Source of the DNA: Epiperipatus broadwayi
Lineage: Eukaryota; Animalia; Onychophora
Direction of reading: 5' to 3'
DNA length: 64,000 nt
NCBI GenBank assembly: GCA_028023455.1
Contig: JAQFVV010000006.1
Span: forward strand, 15,376,001 to 15,440,000
Part shown: piece by piece, positions 38,101 to 51,625 of the stretch
Layout of the letters: each line of letters opens with the position of its first letter
How positions within the stretch are numbered: the stretch's first letter is position 1
Program-made: the position numbers and the translations under genes
The notes under the pieces: generated by a model
Told to the model about the DNA's origin: nothing
Database searches by the model: none
Seen by the model: only the letters and a program-made list of their open reading frames with translations

Positions 38101-41036
38101 GTATTAAAACTAACTTTAATGAACTTTAGGCTAAATTACAATAAGCCAAAATTTAACCCTTACTTTATTACTTTAAACTTAAAGAAGCTAACTTTAAATC
38201 AACTTTATCTTCTCTACTCTCTTATCTTCTGCAAATTTAATTACTATAATATTAAATCATTATTTTCTTGCACACATTTCAGTATAATAACTTATTTTAA
38301 TAATAACTGGAATTTATCAAAAGAAATTAAACTATTATGCTTATAATAAATATAATATTACATCTACTTTGCGTACATGTTGAATTGAAGTGTTATATAT
38401 AATAAAACTATTGTCTTTTTTACTCTTTTATTTATTAACTAACTTTTTTTTTTTACAAAAAACAAGTAAATACAGAAAATTATTATGCTAAGGTAGGTAA
38501 TAGGAATAAAGTGTAAAAACACTTGGTCACAATATACATGAATCGAATAAGCAAATATATTCGAATATAATTATTGACTACTAAATGATGATTAAAAAGG
38601 ATTGATTCAAATATAAATTGAGCTAGCCTAGGAGTATACTGCCATAGGGGAATTAATGGACATATTTACGACCCAAATATATATGCGCATACGAATAGAA
38701 CCTCATAGAATAGTAATTTAAACTTGTGGAATATTAAGGGAAGTATCCGTGATTTACACACAGATATGTAAGTCCCTGTTATATGAATGCCGGTCGAAAG
38801 GGACTATTGGACAAGTGCTGCCTAAAACATGAACTTATCCTTTGCAAAGATATATAGGGACACTGTATAGGTATCAGTGAGGGAATTGAGCAACGGAAAA
38901 GTACCAATGGAATAGACTAATTGATCCATGGAAGCTGAACTGTCAATGAACTTTTTTGAAGGATTTATTATCCAAAGTACTATTATTTAAATAAATTGTT
39001 ATTATATAAAATGAATATATCTTGTCAGTTTCATTTTGCATCATTCATCAATCAGTGTACTTGTTCACAGGAATCTCATGTTTCCTGAGCTATGTCGGTA
39101 TAATTTGATCTGGGTGAATAAGGTTGTAGTGAGCTGGAATTTCTGATGGCGTTGTTTGGGAAACCAAGCATAAATTTCTAGCTGTTGTCAGTCTCTAATG
39201 CTACATCCTCTAATGAGCAAGAAGTATTATTGTAGAAAGTAGGGGGTGACATCAGCCTTGAGTAAGGCCAATCATTCTATCCTTCCTGCAATATGCTCAT
39301 CACGAAATAAACCAACTACCAGAGTAGGTGGCATCCCAGTCCAGTTACGATATAAAAGTACTGTAGACAAAAAGTATGTTGCTTGTAATTAATGGAAACT
39401 TAATTAAATTTTAAAAGAGATTAGCTAATTAAAAAAAATTTAATTCAAGTTAATAATCACTGTTAATGTCATTTTTAAAATTATTACATAATGCGTTAAG
39501 AAAAAAATGAAAACGATGTCACTATCACTCACTTTATTTAAACTTCGCAACACACCCTGCAGATTATGAGCGCTGTGATTCTCTGGTTGAAAGCATGCTC
39601 AGCAAATTTTAAAAAGTTTAATACTGAATAATCTTTTCATTTTGAACGTTAAAAACATAATATATATATATAACGGTTTTTCTTGTTTCTTTTCGTTAGT
39701 AATGAAAATTGATTTTGGTAACTGCAAATTATACAATATTTAAAGGATATCCAAATTATTACCGGAACAATGTTTTTTAGCTTAGATAGAAAGTAGCTAT
39801 TTGCAACGAACGTGATATTTTGCAATTGATCCCAGTGACATGTTACATTTGCAATGTATACTAGAAAAATAAAAATTTCATCCGTTTTCCACAAATTTTT
39901 AATTTTTTTTTTACTATTTTTTTTAAATAGTAGTTAGTTAACTTGGGGATTTGAATCTGGGATCAGATAAACTTTGAACTTTTTTTAAAGTTATAAGCAA
40001 AAATTCGAATTTTTGTTTCCAGTAGTTGGTTCATAGTCAATCCAGTTAACCATCCAATACTGATGTTATATGATTACCCAATTATTCTTACTTAAAGAGA
40101 AAATATTTCAGGTTAATCTGTGTTTGTTGGATGCGTTTACTAGAAATAAACAGTATGATGGTAATATTTTGTGAATTTTATTATTGTTGGATCATTCAAA
40201 CTCCTACAACTTATTAAGCCTACGGCCTTCTTTTTTTTTAAAAATACTAAGTGATAAAATGTTCATAATTGTATCTTGATTGAAAGAAAATTATGTTAAA
40301 GGACTTGGAATTAAATTCTATATATTTTTGCAAAAAATTTTTTTATCTTGGTCTGGAAATAAAATTAAAAAGAAATCAAGTCATATGTCACATAACCTAA
40401 TTCAACAGGCTTGTATTACAAATGTTATATATAGAGCTCGCAAATAAGCTCTTAACAAGCTTTGCAGAATATCCTCAACCCCAGACTGGTTTCTGCTACT
40501 GGCTTCCTATATATAACATTTCTGGAAATAAATATATGCATGAGAGAAAATTACCACCTATTATTTAGATTATGTTTGAGAACTTTTATGATTCATCTAT
40601 CAGTTTGTTGTGAAAATAAAATATATATAATTTTGAATTAAAACTATGCCATTATAAGGTTTACGGTACTGATTTCAGAGAAAAACTTGTATCAGCTATG
40701 TCAAGCTTTAAACATCAGCTAATATAAATCAGAATAGACTTGAATCTTATTTTTATTAAGCAAATTTTATTTGCATTATTTTAAAGTATGAAGGATAAAA
40801 TATACACAAAGATCAAAAGTAATACTTTTTGTAGTCCATAAGCACATGTATAAACATATTCAGAAAAGGCTGAAATTATAATTCTCTTTTTTTTTTTTTA
40901 TAAACTATAGCATTAAAACTAACAAACTTGACACCCCAGTGCAAGTCTTAGTAATCAATAGATACATTGATATGCATATTTAAAATCAGATAAAAATAAT
41001 TATAATAAACAGAAAACTCTGTAATAAATGCTATAG

Positions 41037-41532
41037 CTGGATGTCCGACCTGCAACCTGAGGCCCATATGTAGCCCTGGATGGCTAAAAATGCAGCCCAA
41101 TAGCAAAAACAGAAAACTCTGTAATAAATGCTATAGCTGGATGTCCGACCTGCAACCTGAGGCCCATATGTAGCCCTGGATGGCTAAAAATGCAGCCCAA
41201 TAGCAAAATCATAAGCATTTAAATCATTATGAGATTTTTTTTGTGATTACATGCGAAAATGTGAATAAAATAAACATACGCTCAAATCCATTTTATAAAT
41301 ACAGTGACAAATATCCAGCTAGTTTTATGTTTCTGTTATTTAAAAATAATGATCACAAACTTTGAACCTGCTCGATGATTTAAAAATATTCTCTGAATGG
41401 GTTGTTGCATAATTATAATTATTATTTAAAGATTTTTTGCATATTTGTGATGGAAAATATCATGAAAATTATGCACTATTCTTTGTCTTTGCTTATTGTG
41501 GTCCAGAGATACCAAAAGTTTGAATATCTCTG
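41037..41532. mobile_element. hAT-Charlie (MER30-like) MITE with a duplicated left end
   Basis: The left end ctggatgtccgacc..ggatggct..aatgcagcccaa..cattatgagatttttt and right end tgtggtccagagataccaaaagtttgaatatctctg resemble MER30-type ends. A perfect 100-bp tandem copy spans 41007-41207. No TSD confirmed. Confidence 0.6.
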
Positions 41533-42057
41533 CTCTCAGTATTTAAAAAGCCAATAAATATGTATATATTTGTAATGAAGATATCTATCTACTTTATACA
41601 GAAAATGGGACTTTTCAAATAGTCAACATATTAGTATTGTTCTTTTAATGTCATTGAATTCTTTGTTATTTTTTGTAATGGATTTCTTATGTTATATGAT
41701 AAATTATCAGATTGATTATTATAAGCCTTTGAATTTTATGTCACCGCTCTTTATATTCACACTTAAAAGAAATTTCTAATTCATCTATATCTGAGACTAA
41801 CAAATATATTAATAATGGTATATTGTTTTCAGGCTAAATGAAATTTATTTCTGTCCCAAACTGCAATTATTTAGATTAACAGTCATTAAAGAATATACAC
41901 AGTGTAAGAGTAATAATGTGATGTCACTCAGCAAATGGATTATCAATTCATCCAAATGATTTTGTATTATATGTATTCATTTAAAACCTTTCTCAATTTT
42001 TAGCATTTATTGCTTTCAATTTAAGAATTACTAAGGATCTTATTTTTTAAACCACTA

Positions 42058-42386
42058 AACATCACATGATCACTATCTCATACTAGCACATAATTGTTAT
42101 TAAACAATTCAAAACAAAGCAAAACTCTCCATACAGTAGTGCCATCTTGTGCCAACAAGAGCAATCAATGGATGCCAGATGGCTTGTGCATAAAATCCCC
42201 ATCTAGTGCCTACTCATCCAATATCCCCAGACTAGTTTCTGACTTGTGGCCTTCGTCAGCGAGGAGCCTTGGATCTGAGAGCACTGCACCTATATCTTAG
42301 GATCTAATGCAACCCTCTAGCATTGATTGCTCTTGTTGGCACAAGATGGCACTACTGTATGGAGAGTTTTGCTTTGTTTTGAATTG
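42058..42386. mobile_element. Family A copy with a perfect 66-bp local inversion
   Basis: Arms 42105-42170 / 42321-42386 are exact reverse complements, including copy-specific substitutions. Confidence 0.85.
42216..42274 (-). ncRNA. Type-I hammerhead motif (family A), antisense in SETD1 intron 3
   Basis: ATCCAA-ggc-TCCTCG CTGACGA A-GGC-CACAA-GTC-A GAAA CTAG TC|TGGGGA-ta-TTGGAT. Confidence 0.7.
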
Positions 42387-42559
42387 ATCTTATATTTTTT
42401 GTGTAAAAAAATTAAAGGAGTCTGCACTATACTAATGAATCATAATTCACATGGGTAAATCTTGTAAAAAAAAGCTCCATCACAAAAATAAATGTAAACA
42501 CAAAGGAAATTAATTTATGGAGATAAATAATAATTAATAAATAGCTGTGTAACCTAAAT

Positions 42560-42720
42560 GCATTTCATAATGTTTTTTATTTAATTATCTGATGCATTTT
42601 GACTGGCTAGCAGCCTTCTTCAGAGCTTTTATTTCTATAAGAAAATATGTGCATAAAAAGCTTCGATGAAGGCTGCTAGACAGTTGAAATCAAGATAACT
42701 GAATAGAAAGCATCGTAAAA
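42560..42720. repeat. Family F inverted pair with split, degenerate hammerhead-like cores
   Basis: The - copy reads CTGAAGA AGGCTG-CTAGC-CAGTC AAAA; the + copy reads TCGATGA AGGCTG-CTAGA-CAGTT GAAA. Confidence 0.5.
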
Positions 42721-43333
42721 AATGTGAATTTTTTAAGAGATTTATTCAATATATGCAATGCTAAAAAAAGGAAAACTATTGAATATTTTGGAATTACGTT
42801 ATATCTAGTATGCAAGATTTTAAAACATAAATATTTATGTAAGTTTATTGCCATGTTCCTGCGCTGCAGTTTGAATCCAGCTAGATGGAAACTTAAAAAA
42901 AAAAAAAAAATTTTTTTTTTTAGGTTCCAGCAGGTTTATGCTTCTTTTTAGACAGTCCATAGATAATTATAAGGAATTGGTTGATAAGAGGGTATGACAG
43001 TCCATAGGTAGTTATAAGGAATTGGTTGGTAAGAGGGTATTTAACTGTTTTATTTTAAAAGTAATAGAAAAATCATTAAAATAATCATTTAGCAGTTGCT
43101 AAGTGTATATCTTGTTATTCTTATTTAGTGAAAACCATTAAAATTTTCCTCTGTTGGCGATCTTGATGAGTTAAATGTCCCTTTATTAATTCTTCAGCGA
43201 AATAGTGGCAAAAGAGGCATTGTTTGCAATGGGATGCTGCACATTTAGAAAAATAGTACAGCTTAGTTGTTGTTTTTTATTATTATTAAAATTTTAGATA
43301 CATTTTTTAAAACTTTTTTTTTTTTTCATGTAG

Positions 43334-45372
43334 GAAAGGATTGTCAAAGACTGTTTGAAGAACTTACTAGTGAAAAATTGACAGTATCCAAAACGCCGAC
43401 AAGTGAAAGAAGATTATCACAAAAGAAAGTAGATCCACGTTTAAAACTTTCGCTTGATGGACCACCTAGCATTTTTCCTGAAAACAAATATCCCAGTGAT
43501 CGAAACGGGTCATTAAATAATAATAGGCATTCAGAATATGGACTGAACCAAGCCCCTAAAAAGCAACAACTGCCATCTTCTCAGCAAAGTCAACCACAAT
43601 CACAATCCACAATGACACAGCATTTGCACAAATCTAACCAAATGGATTACACCCAGACGCCAAATTATTCAGATCTTGGGTATTCAACTGGTCATTCAGA
43701 TACACCTAGTCAGTATTCAGGAGGCCAGTCAGATTCAACATACTCGGACTATACACCTTATCATTCCAATCAAAGTACACCAATATCGTACAACGAATCC
43801 TATGGACAATACTCTTCAGTGCACCAACATCAAAATGTAGGGATGCATTATGGGATATCTCAGCAAAAGATGCAGTATGGTTTGCAGTATCCAGTACAAT
43901 CTAATACGCATCATCAGGATTACAATAGAGACTTTAATGCGTACAGGCATTATCCTCAGAGTTCTACACCAGTACAATCTTCTCCCAAGATATCTACTCC
44001 CCAGGTTTCAATCTCAAAATCGGTTCCAGTTTCTCAGACATCTGGGGCTCAAATATCATCTGCGCCCCTTACACCTAAAAGTAAAAGTAGTTCTCAGGTT
44101 ACAACAACTAAAGCACAAAGTTTGTCAGTGAGAGATCGAAGCCCTGAAAGAGATAAAAGGACTTTAGATTTAGATACTCGAATTGAACTGTTAATGAAAC
44201 AGGCATCTAAAGGAGCATTTGATTTAGCTTCAGTTTTTGGAACTCCTTCAGAATCTGATTTTTGTAATGTTGCAAATCAAATTTGTCCTCCTTTACCATC
44301 TAACAGCCCACCTCCATTGCCTCCATCAGACCAGCCATCACTTAGTACTAATGCTCCCCCTCTTCCTCTTATGAGCAATGCTCCACCCCTTCCTCCTTTG
44401 CCCCCTGAGGAAGAAATATTAGCCGCTTTAAATCGACCAGATGAACAAATGGATTCTGAAGATGCCTATGAAGATGACCAAAAAAATCCTGAAATAAAAA
44501 GATGTCATGATACATCTTTTGAAAAAGAAAATGTAGATATAAGTTCATCGCCATCTTTTGAAAGTGGGGAAGAAAGGACTAAAAGTAAATCTGAATTAGA
44601 TTTTCAAAGTGTTAGTAAGGAGGAAAATGTTGTTGAAATATCACAATCTAGTGCTATGGACACTGTTGTAGAGGAAGAAGTTGATGACAATATGAGTTTG
44701 TCACCTATAAGTGATGCTGATGAAAATACAATTGAAGTCAATGAACCTCTCCCACCACTCAACACTCATAGTATGAATCAATTGTCTCCTTATGGTACGC
44801 AACCACCAAATATTTCTTTTAACCCTATGTTTCCTCCACCAACTCATGTTGCTCCTCCTCCTCTTCCTCCCACATTGAATCCCCCCAGTTTGCCCCCTTC
44901 TTCGTTAGATCCAAACAGGGGGTTATTTATGCATAATCACCCAATGCTACCAGATGAGCAAACACAAATGATGGCTCGAATGGGGTTATGGAGACCAGGA
45001 ATGAGTAATTACCAAACTACCAATTTTAATAGTAATTATACCTATAACCCTATGGTGAATAATATACCTATTCAGCAATATTCAAATCCCACATATAGCC
45101 ACAACTATATAGCTCCTCAACAATCTTACAATTACTCAGCCTCCAGTTCTGGATTTGTATCTCAGCATTATAACTACAGTCTTCCACAAAAACAACCACT
45201 AAGATTTCAACCTCCCGAAGATCCCCATCACAATAACGTAATCAGTGTTCTCGACAAAGTTGTTACTGAGCTTAAGCAGATAATGCGTAAAGATCTATGC
45301 AAGAAAATGGTTGAAAACTCTGCTTTTAAGTGTTTTGAGAATTGGTGGATAGAACAGGATATTAGTTCCAAG
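43334..45372 (+). CDS. SETD1: SETD1 coding exon 4 (2039 nt; Q/S/Y- and P-rich disordered region)
   Basis: Phase-1 acceptor TAG at 43331-33 completes Gly (G|GA). Conserved LDLDTRIELLMKQ and ELKQIMRKDLCKKMVENSAFKCFENWW match SETD1A/B motifs. Donor GTAAAG at 45373, phase 0. Confidence 0.93.
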
Positions 45373-46249
45373 GTAAAGTTTATTTTATATTTGAAATGCA
45401 TGAGTAATATGTGCTTATCTATTTAATTAAGATCATTGATAATTTTTGTGTATTATGAATGTGTGGGCACCTTGATTTATTGTTTCTTTTTTGGCTATTA
45501 GTAATTATATATTTATATGTATATATCAACTTGCCAATATTCATGGCTAACACTGAACCTCATCTAATGTGAAATTCAGGTAACAAAAATAAGGTATATA
45601 TAAATGGTATGAATCTGGTTAAACATCCTATTATTATTATTAATATGGGTTGCCCTCAAGTTGATATTGACTCCTGGTTTTATGAATACCATTTCTTCAT
45701 AATAATATGTTGTCCATTAATTTTTCAAACTCGTCATAACATTGGGAATGCGGAGTCCATACTTTTCATTGCTAAACATAATTTTTAATGAATTAGATTG
45801 TAGTAACTTATTTCATTTTTCGTAATCCTGTTTATTCTCAATCCGCATATTGTGAGATGATTCCAATAAGCTTTAGAACACACAGATTTTTTCTTTCCAG
45901 ATCTCGTTTATATTCATTCTATATCAATAAATATACCTTTATTCCTTACATTTCAACCATATTTTATGGTCATTCTCAACAATTTTATTTACGAAATACC
46001 TAAAATTAATTGGAAGAAAATACATGAAATAAATATATATCTTGTACACAATATATGTAAACATAACACACATATCAATGTAATTATATATCATGTTTGT
46101 GTAGATATGAATATATTTGTATATCATATTTGTTCAGATACACATATATCTTTTAAGTACATTAATTACATAAAATTTTACTTCAATATATTCAGAAGTA
46201 AAATAATCTTCACACACAGCTGTTTAATATAAATTGATGTGGACTCATC

Positions 46250-47460
46250 TGTAAGAAAAGATTTTAACAAGTGAATTACTTGTCTTTCAAGCTTGTCTAT
46301 ATCTAAAGCTGCCGTTGCTTACCGTGCATTATTCAGGGCTTGGATCTATTATATGCCTGGTTTTTCAAATGATATTCAAATTGTACAAATGTAATTAAAA
46401 AATGCAGGTGGTTAAAAATGAGATAAATTCTGTAATATTTGAATTACATTTGCGCAATTTGAATATCATTTAAAAAATTAGGCATATAATAGACTCAAGC
46501 CCTGAATAATGAATGGTAAGCAAAGGTTGGCATGTATATAGATAAGCTTGAAGGACAAGAGAAACTCTTATCCTTTAAAATCTTTGCTTACAGGTGAGTG
46601 CGCATCATTCTATATTAAACAGCACATGTACAAGATTAATTTACTTCCCAATATATACAATAAATACTGTGCTGTATACAAAGTGGAATTAACAACCTCC
46701 TGCAGAGGTGTGTACCTTCATTTGGATGCTTCCATGTCCATTTCCTTTTAACGTTTTTCTCAAAAAAAGAATTCATAATATAAAGTTTTTCTTTTTCTGC
46801 AAACTCCAGAAGTTTATATCCTCTCTCATTTCTATTACCATAAGCAAAACTACCTACAGCATTTTCATCTTTCATTTGTTTACCAATTCTAGCATTAAAG
46901 TCTCCCATAACAATTTTAAAATGTTATTTACTCTGATCAAAAGCCTTTTGTACATCCATATAAAAATCTTCAATAACTTCATCACTATGAGAACTTGTTG
47001 GGGCATAAACCTAAATTTTCTGCATTTGGTATCTGCTATTAAGTTGTAAAAACTAATCTTGTCATTCTGCCTGATACACTATCAATCTCCACAATGTTAT
47101 TCTTCCATTTTTTATTTATAATGAATCCTACTCCACTTGTATTTCCAATATTTGTGCCTTTATAGTAGAGTATATGTCTATTTTTCTATTTTTTAAATCA
47201 ATTGTTTCTTCACCTTCTAACTTCACAAAGTCCAATAATGTCCCATTTAATGTAAGACAGTTCTTCTAACTTTTGCAATCTTCCTTCACTTGAAAGTGAT
47301 CTGCAGTTGTAAGTACCTGAATAAAAAGTTGTCATCAAATGGCAGCCTGAGTCCATAATCAGGGGATTCTTTGCACCCTCCGCCTTCGGCCACCAACTGC
47401 TGCCTTGGTTGGTGACTTTACAGCCTCCTGGGAATAAGGGCCATGATTTATTTTTGTCTG
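46250..47460 (-). mobile_element. RTE-clade LINE 5' part: leader and APE endonuclease
   Basis: TYNCRSLSSE..KWDIIGLCEVRR and MGDFNARIG..G.RNERG..LLEFAE..IMNSFF..RKWTWKHPN. Confidence 0.8.
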
Positions 47461-49510
47461 TCATGATTGTATATATTGAAAAAATATTCTTAAACTCTGA
47501 GGTAAAAAGCCAATAAACTCACCACGCTAGCTAATGCATGTTGGTGAGCAGCCCATCCATGTTCGTATACTATATGAATAATCACATAGTAATAACAGCT
47601 ACAACGATAAGAACATATGGAGTGGACGTTAGGAATTTGCCCTGCTTGGTTGCTTTAAGGCCTCCAAGAGGAATCAAAGGGTCTCCTTTCAGTTAATAGC
47701 AAACTCCTTTCTGCAGCTGATTCTTTGTATAAACATAATAATATGCGAACCAAAACTAAATGTAAATACGTTATTATAGCATTATTTTTTTTTCCTCACT
47801 AAATATTACATTTCAAACATGAATTTATGTTTTGTAATCACATTTTTTTTTGCGATTTAAATACTATACCTTTGAAGTTAAAAGCACATGTTTTTTTCCG
47901 AGCTTTATTTTTTAATAGCGGATTTTATTTTTAAAAGCACATTTTTTTCGAACTTTTTTCTTTCAAAAAGTTTTATTCCAATAGTATATTGTTTTAGAAT
48001 CTAGAAATGTACCTAGCCTATGGAAAGACCATTGTTTTTGTAATTTTTTTTAATCAATTACTTTAACATATTACTTCCTTTGCATAAAATGTTTTGTAAA
48101 AAGATTATTAGGGTTTATTAATGGCAGAACAAATATTTTTTCTTTTTGAAAAATATGCCCTATAACAAAGAATATTTAACTTGACTATCATGTGACAGTG
48201 TTACAGAAGTTTAGGGATTTTAATATCAGATTTGTTTCTGAGGTCGAGTTTGTCTCGATTACATCACAAAACTAAAAAAAAAAAAATATTTATTATTATC
48301 TAATTAAAAAAAAGTTTCATCTATTTTTCTTATTTTAAAAACAAAAATCCTTTTTTCGTCAATATTCCTGTGAACAGAAAAATTTGTTTGTCTGCATTGG
48401 AACGTTTTTGTCATTTTGTTTTGAAAGGGAAGTACGTTTTTGGTATTGATGCATTGTTTGTATTTTGACATTTGGTTTTTTAAAAAAAATTCCTTGTTGG
48501 TGTTGTTGTTAAAAAAATTTAATTTTGCTTAAATTTAGTTGATTACTTTGTTTAGATTCTTCATATTGATTAATTTTGCCAAAAATCAATAGATGGTAAG
48601 TTATACATTGCTAGTTTTATTGATAGCAGTAGTATTCCAATCATGTGCAAACATATGCGTTTATTGTCACATAGTGACAGCGAATAAAATCTTAGGTACT
48701 TTCCTGTTTACGAAGAAGTAAGATGTCACCTGTATTTTTGATAAATGTACAGTTCTGGGGCCTACAATTTCTCTTTTCGATTGTGTTAGTTGTTAAATTA
48801 AAAAATAATAATAAGTTAAATGAAATAAAAGTAATAAATTACATTAATAATCTTTATTTCAATTTTTTTTTACTTATAATGTGGAAGTGACGATATGCTT
48901 TGAACTTAAAAGTTTTCGATAGCTTGTGTAGAGAAACCAATAAGTGTTTTATTATTACTGGTATCACTTTCATGTTTTTTTATCTTTCAAATGAAATTTA
49001 TGTTCCTATAATTCATTTTTTATTTATGTTCAATGTGTATGAAATAAAATTTGATAACACAAAAAATATAGCATTCTAACAAAATTTTTCATATGGTTTA
49101 TTTAATTATTTTTATTGATTTCTTAAGTCTGGAACCAATCTACTTATTTTCCATATATATAATGTATTTTTTACACAAATTTTTTTTACACATAATTTTT
49201 GGGAACCAATCTACCGTGTAATAAGAGAATTAGGTGTATATTGACACGTGTAATACAGATAATAAACAAAACAATGGAATTAACTATAATTTTCAAAATA
49301 TAAATGAAATAAATAAAAATTATAGCCAGTATACGATATGATTACCATCCTGAGTAGCATTTTACAATTTAAAAATAATAAAAATCAAAGCCTTACTAAA
49401 ATCATATATATTAGCGTTTCATTGTGAATGATTATGAATGACAACTTTCCATGATTTATGAATATTTACACAGTTATTGTAATTATATTATTCTGAAGAA
49501 TATATATATA

Positions 49511-50870
49511 TAAAAATGCAGCAGTAATTAGATTACATAATGATAATAAAAGGATTAATATTGAGAAGAGTATATGACAGGATGACCCCATATCTCCAAA
49601 ACTTTTTATAGCAGTTTTGCAAGAAGTATTTTGTGAATTAAAATGGAAAGTGTTGCGTTTGGTCTGGATTAGAGACCCAACCTACAGAAAACAATACTAG
49701 CACCAATATTATAATTAAAATAACATTTATTATATTTATATATATAACTAGTACAGAATAATATAGTTCTACCATGGACTCTTGGATCCAAGTCTTAACA
49801 ATCTGCCACTTCCAGCTACACCTGATAGCTTGCCTCACGGGTAGGGAGAACGATTCTTCCGGCTGTGCCAAACAGCTTTACCCGAATCGGCTGTAGTCTT
49901 AGCAGCATCTGGTCCTTATGTGGACTTGCCTAGCTGCATGGATAAATAACCTATTGCTATTGTAAGAATGCTTTCTGCTGTTTAGGTTAGCAGGGCTTCT
50001 CCTGGAAAATGCATACCGTCTTTGTAAGTTAGACAGACGTCCTCTGCCCTTCCAAAAGGCTGATCATTTATAGCCAGATCTTTGACCTCACTGGAGTATT
50101 TGAATTCAGCGATCATCATTGCTTATTGACCTGTACTAATCATTGGCTAAATGTTTAGCTAAATATCAGCTTATTGGCCAGCAGCAAACTGCTCAATCTG
50201 ATCAGATAAAAAAAAAGAATCTGGAACAATCCACTTCTGACGGAAAGGAGAACTATAAAAGAAAACTAAGGGAATAAAAGGAAATGGAGATTATTTAAGT
50301 CATCTAGATTTTGCACATGATGTAGTTGTTTTTGCAAATAATGCTTCAGAGCTTTAGGAAATGTTGCAAGAATTATCAAATGAAAGTAAGAAAGTAGGAT
50401 TAAAGGTAAATGTTAAAAAGACTAATGCATCTTCTCTAAAGAAGAAAATAAAGATTGATAATGAGAAGTTAGAAGTTAACAACTACAAATATGAGATTAG
50501 AAGAGCAATATAGAGACTTCAGATCAACGAAGTATGTATAGAGATGTATGTTAGAGGTAACAAGAAAATATAGAAAATAAAGTACATGAGAGAACAAACA
50601 GGTATTACTGGTATTATTGAAAGTATTAAGATACTGAAGTAGAGTTGGGCTGGACGTATTGTTAGGAGAGATGATAATACATGGACAGTTGAAATCTTAA
50701 ACTGGATTCCAAGAGATTGTAAAAGACTTAGAAAGAAACCACATGTGGAATGGATGGATGAAATACAGAAGTGTGCAGGGGTGATGTGAAGAAGAGAGGC
50801 TAGAGATTGGTGAAGATAGATTGAACTTGAAGAGATCATCCTGCAGTGATCAATAATGGTGGAAATGATA
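49511..50870 (+). mobile_element. Decayed RTE-clade LINE RT and 3' end, split by a 610-bp insertion
   Basis: Collinear with 5763-6853 on both sides of 49651-50260 (aaatggaaag | ctaaggg). Confidence 0.8.
49651..50260 (-). mobile_element. Solo-LTR-like insertion
   Basis: Begins TGTTG. Flanked by GAAAG / GAAAA (4/5 TSD-like). On the minus strand it carries CCAAT boxes, TATAAA (~50070) and AATAAA (~49730) in LTR order. Terminal CA not intact. Confidence 0.5.
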
Positions 50871-51079
50871 TTTAATAAATTGTCAGTCGTATTTATAAAA
50901 TATTCCTGTTTGATTTTTCTTTTGGCATATGAATTTCCACTGTAAAATAAAAACATTGCCCCCAAAAAAACCTTCTATTATAAATATCTCAGTGTTCTGC
51001 AAGTACAGAATTAAATCTATCCACAGAATAACATAATCGTGTAGTATTTCATATTCACAATTCTCTATTTTAAAGCATA

Positions 51080-51625
51080 TTAAAACAGGCAAAACTCACT
51101 ATACGTATTGCACACACAGCAAGTTAGAGTAATCAGTGGATGCCAGAAGGCGTGTGCATAAAATCCCTATCTAGTGCCTACTCATCCAACATCCCCTGAT
51201 TAGTTTCTGGCTTATGGCCTTCATCAGTGAGGAGCCTTGGATCTGAGAACACTGCACCTAAATCTTAGAATCTAATGCAACTCTATACCAGCCACTTTTT
51301 ATCCTCCACTTAACTACAAAACTATGAGTCTTAAATTGAAAACACCTTAATGTTTCCAATCCAAGCTCATTATCTTATATAGTCATATGGGTCTGAACTC
51401 AGTTCAGTACCCATACATTTTGGTGTCTTTGGTTCTTTAATAACCATAACCACCACTATCCTATTAGCCAAGGTTTTAAGCCACTAGATAGGGATTTTAT
51501 GCACAAGCCGTCTGGCATCCATTGATTACTCTAGCTTGCTGTGTGTGGCAATACATATAGTGAGTTTTGCTTGTTTTAAAACAGTTATAAGCAAGCATAA
51601 GAAGTGGTGGTCATGTGATGTTTAT
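51080..51625. mobile_element. Family A long copy plus inverted 5'-truncated copy
   Basis: 51080-51468 followed by an inverted 51482-51625 (arms 51080-51176 / 51482-51579). The hammerhead at 51184-51242 (-) has CTGATGA and GAAA but ACTAAT and one stem I mismatch. Confidence 0.85.

Noticed and set aside
43267-43333. ORF-track start MLFFIIIK... for the 719-aa ORF
   Set aside because: This is intronic polypyrimidine sequence; the exon starts after the TAG at 43331-33. The ORF tail after 45372 is likewise intron.
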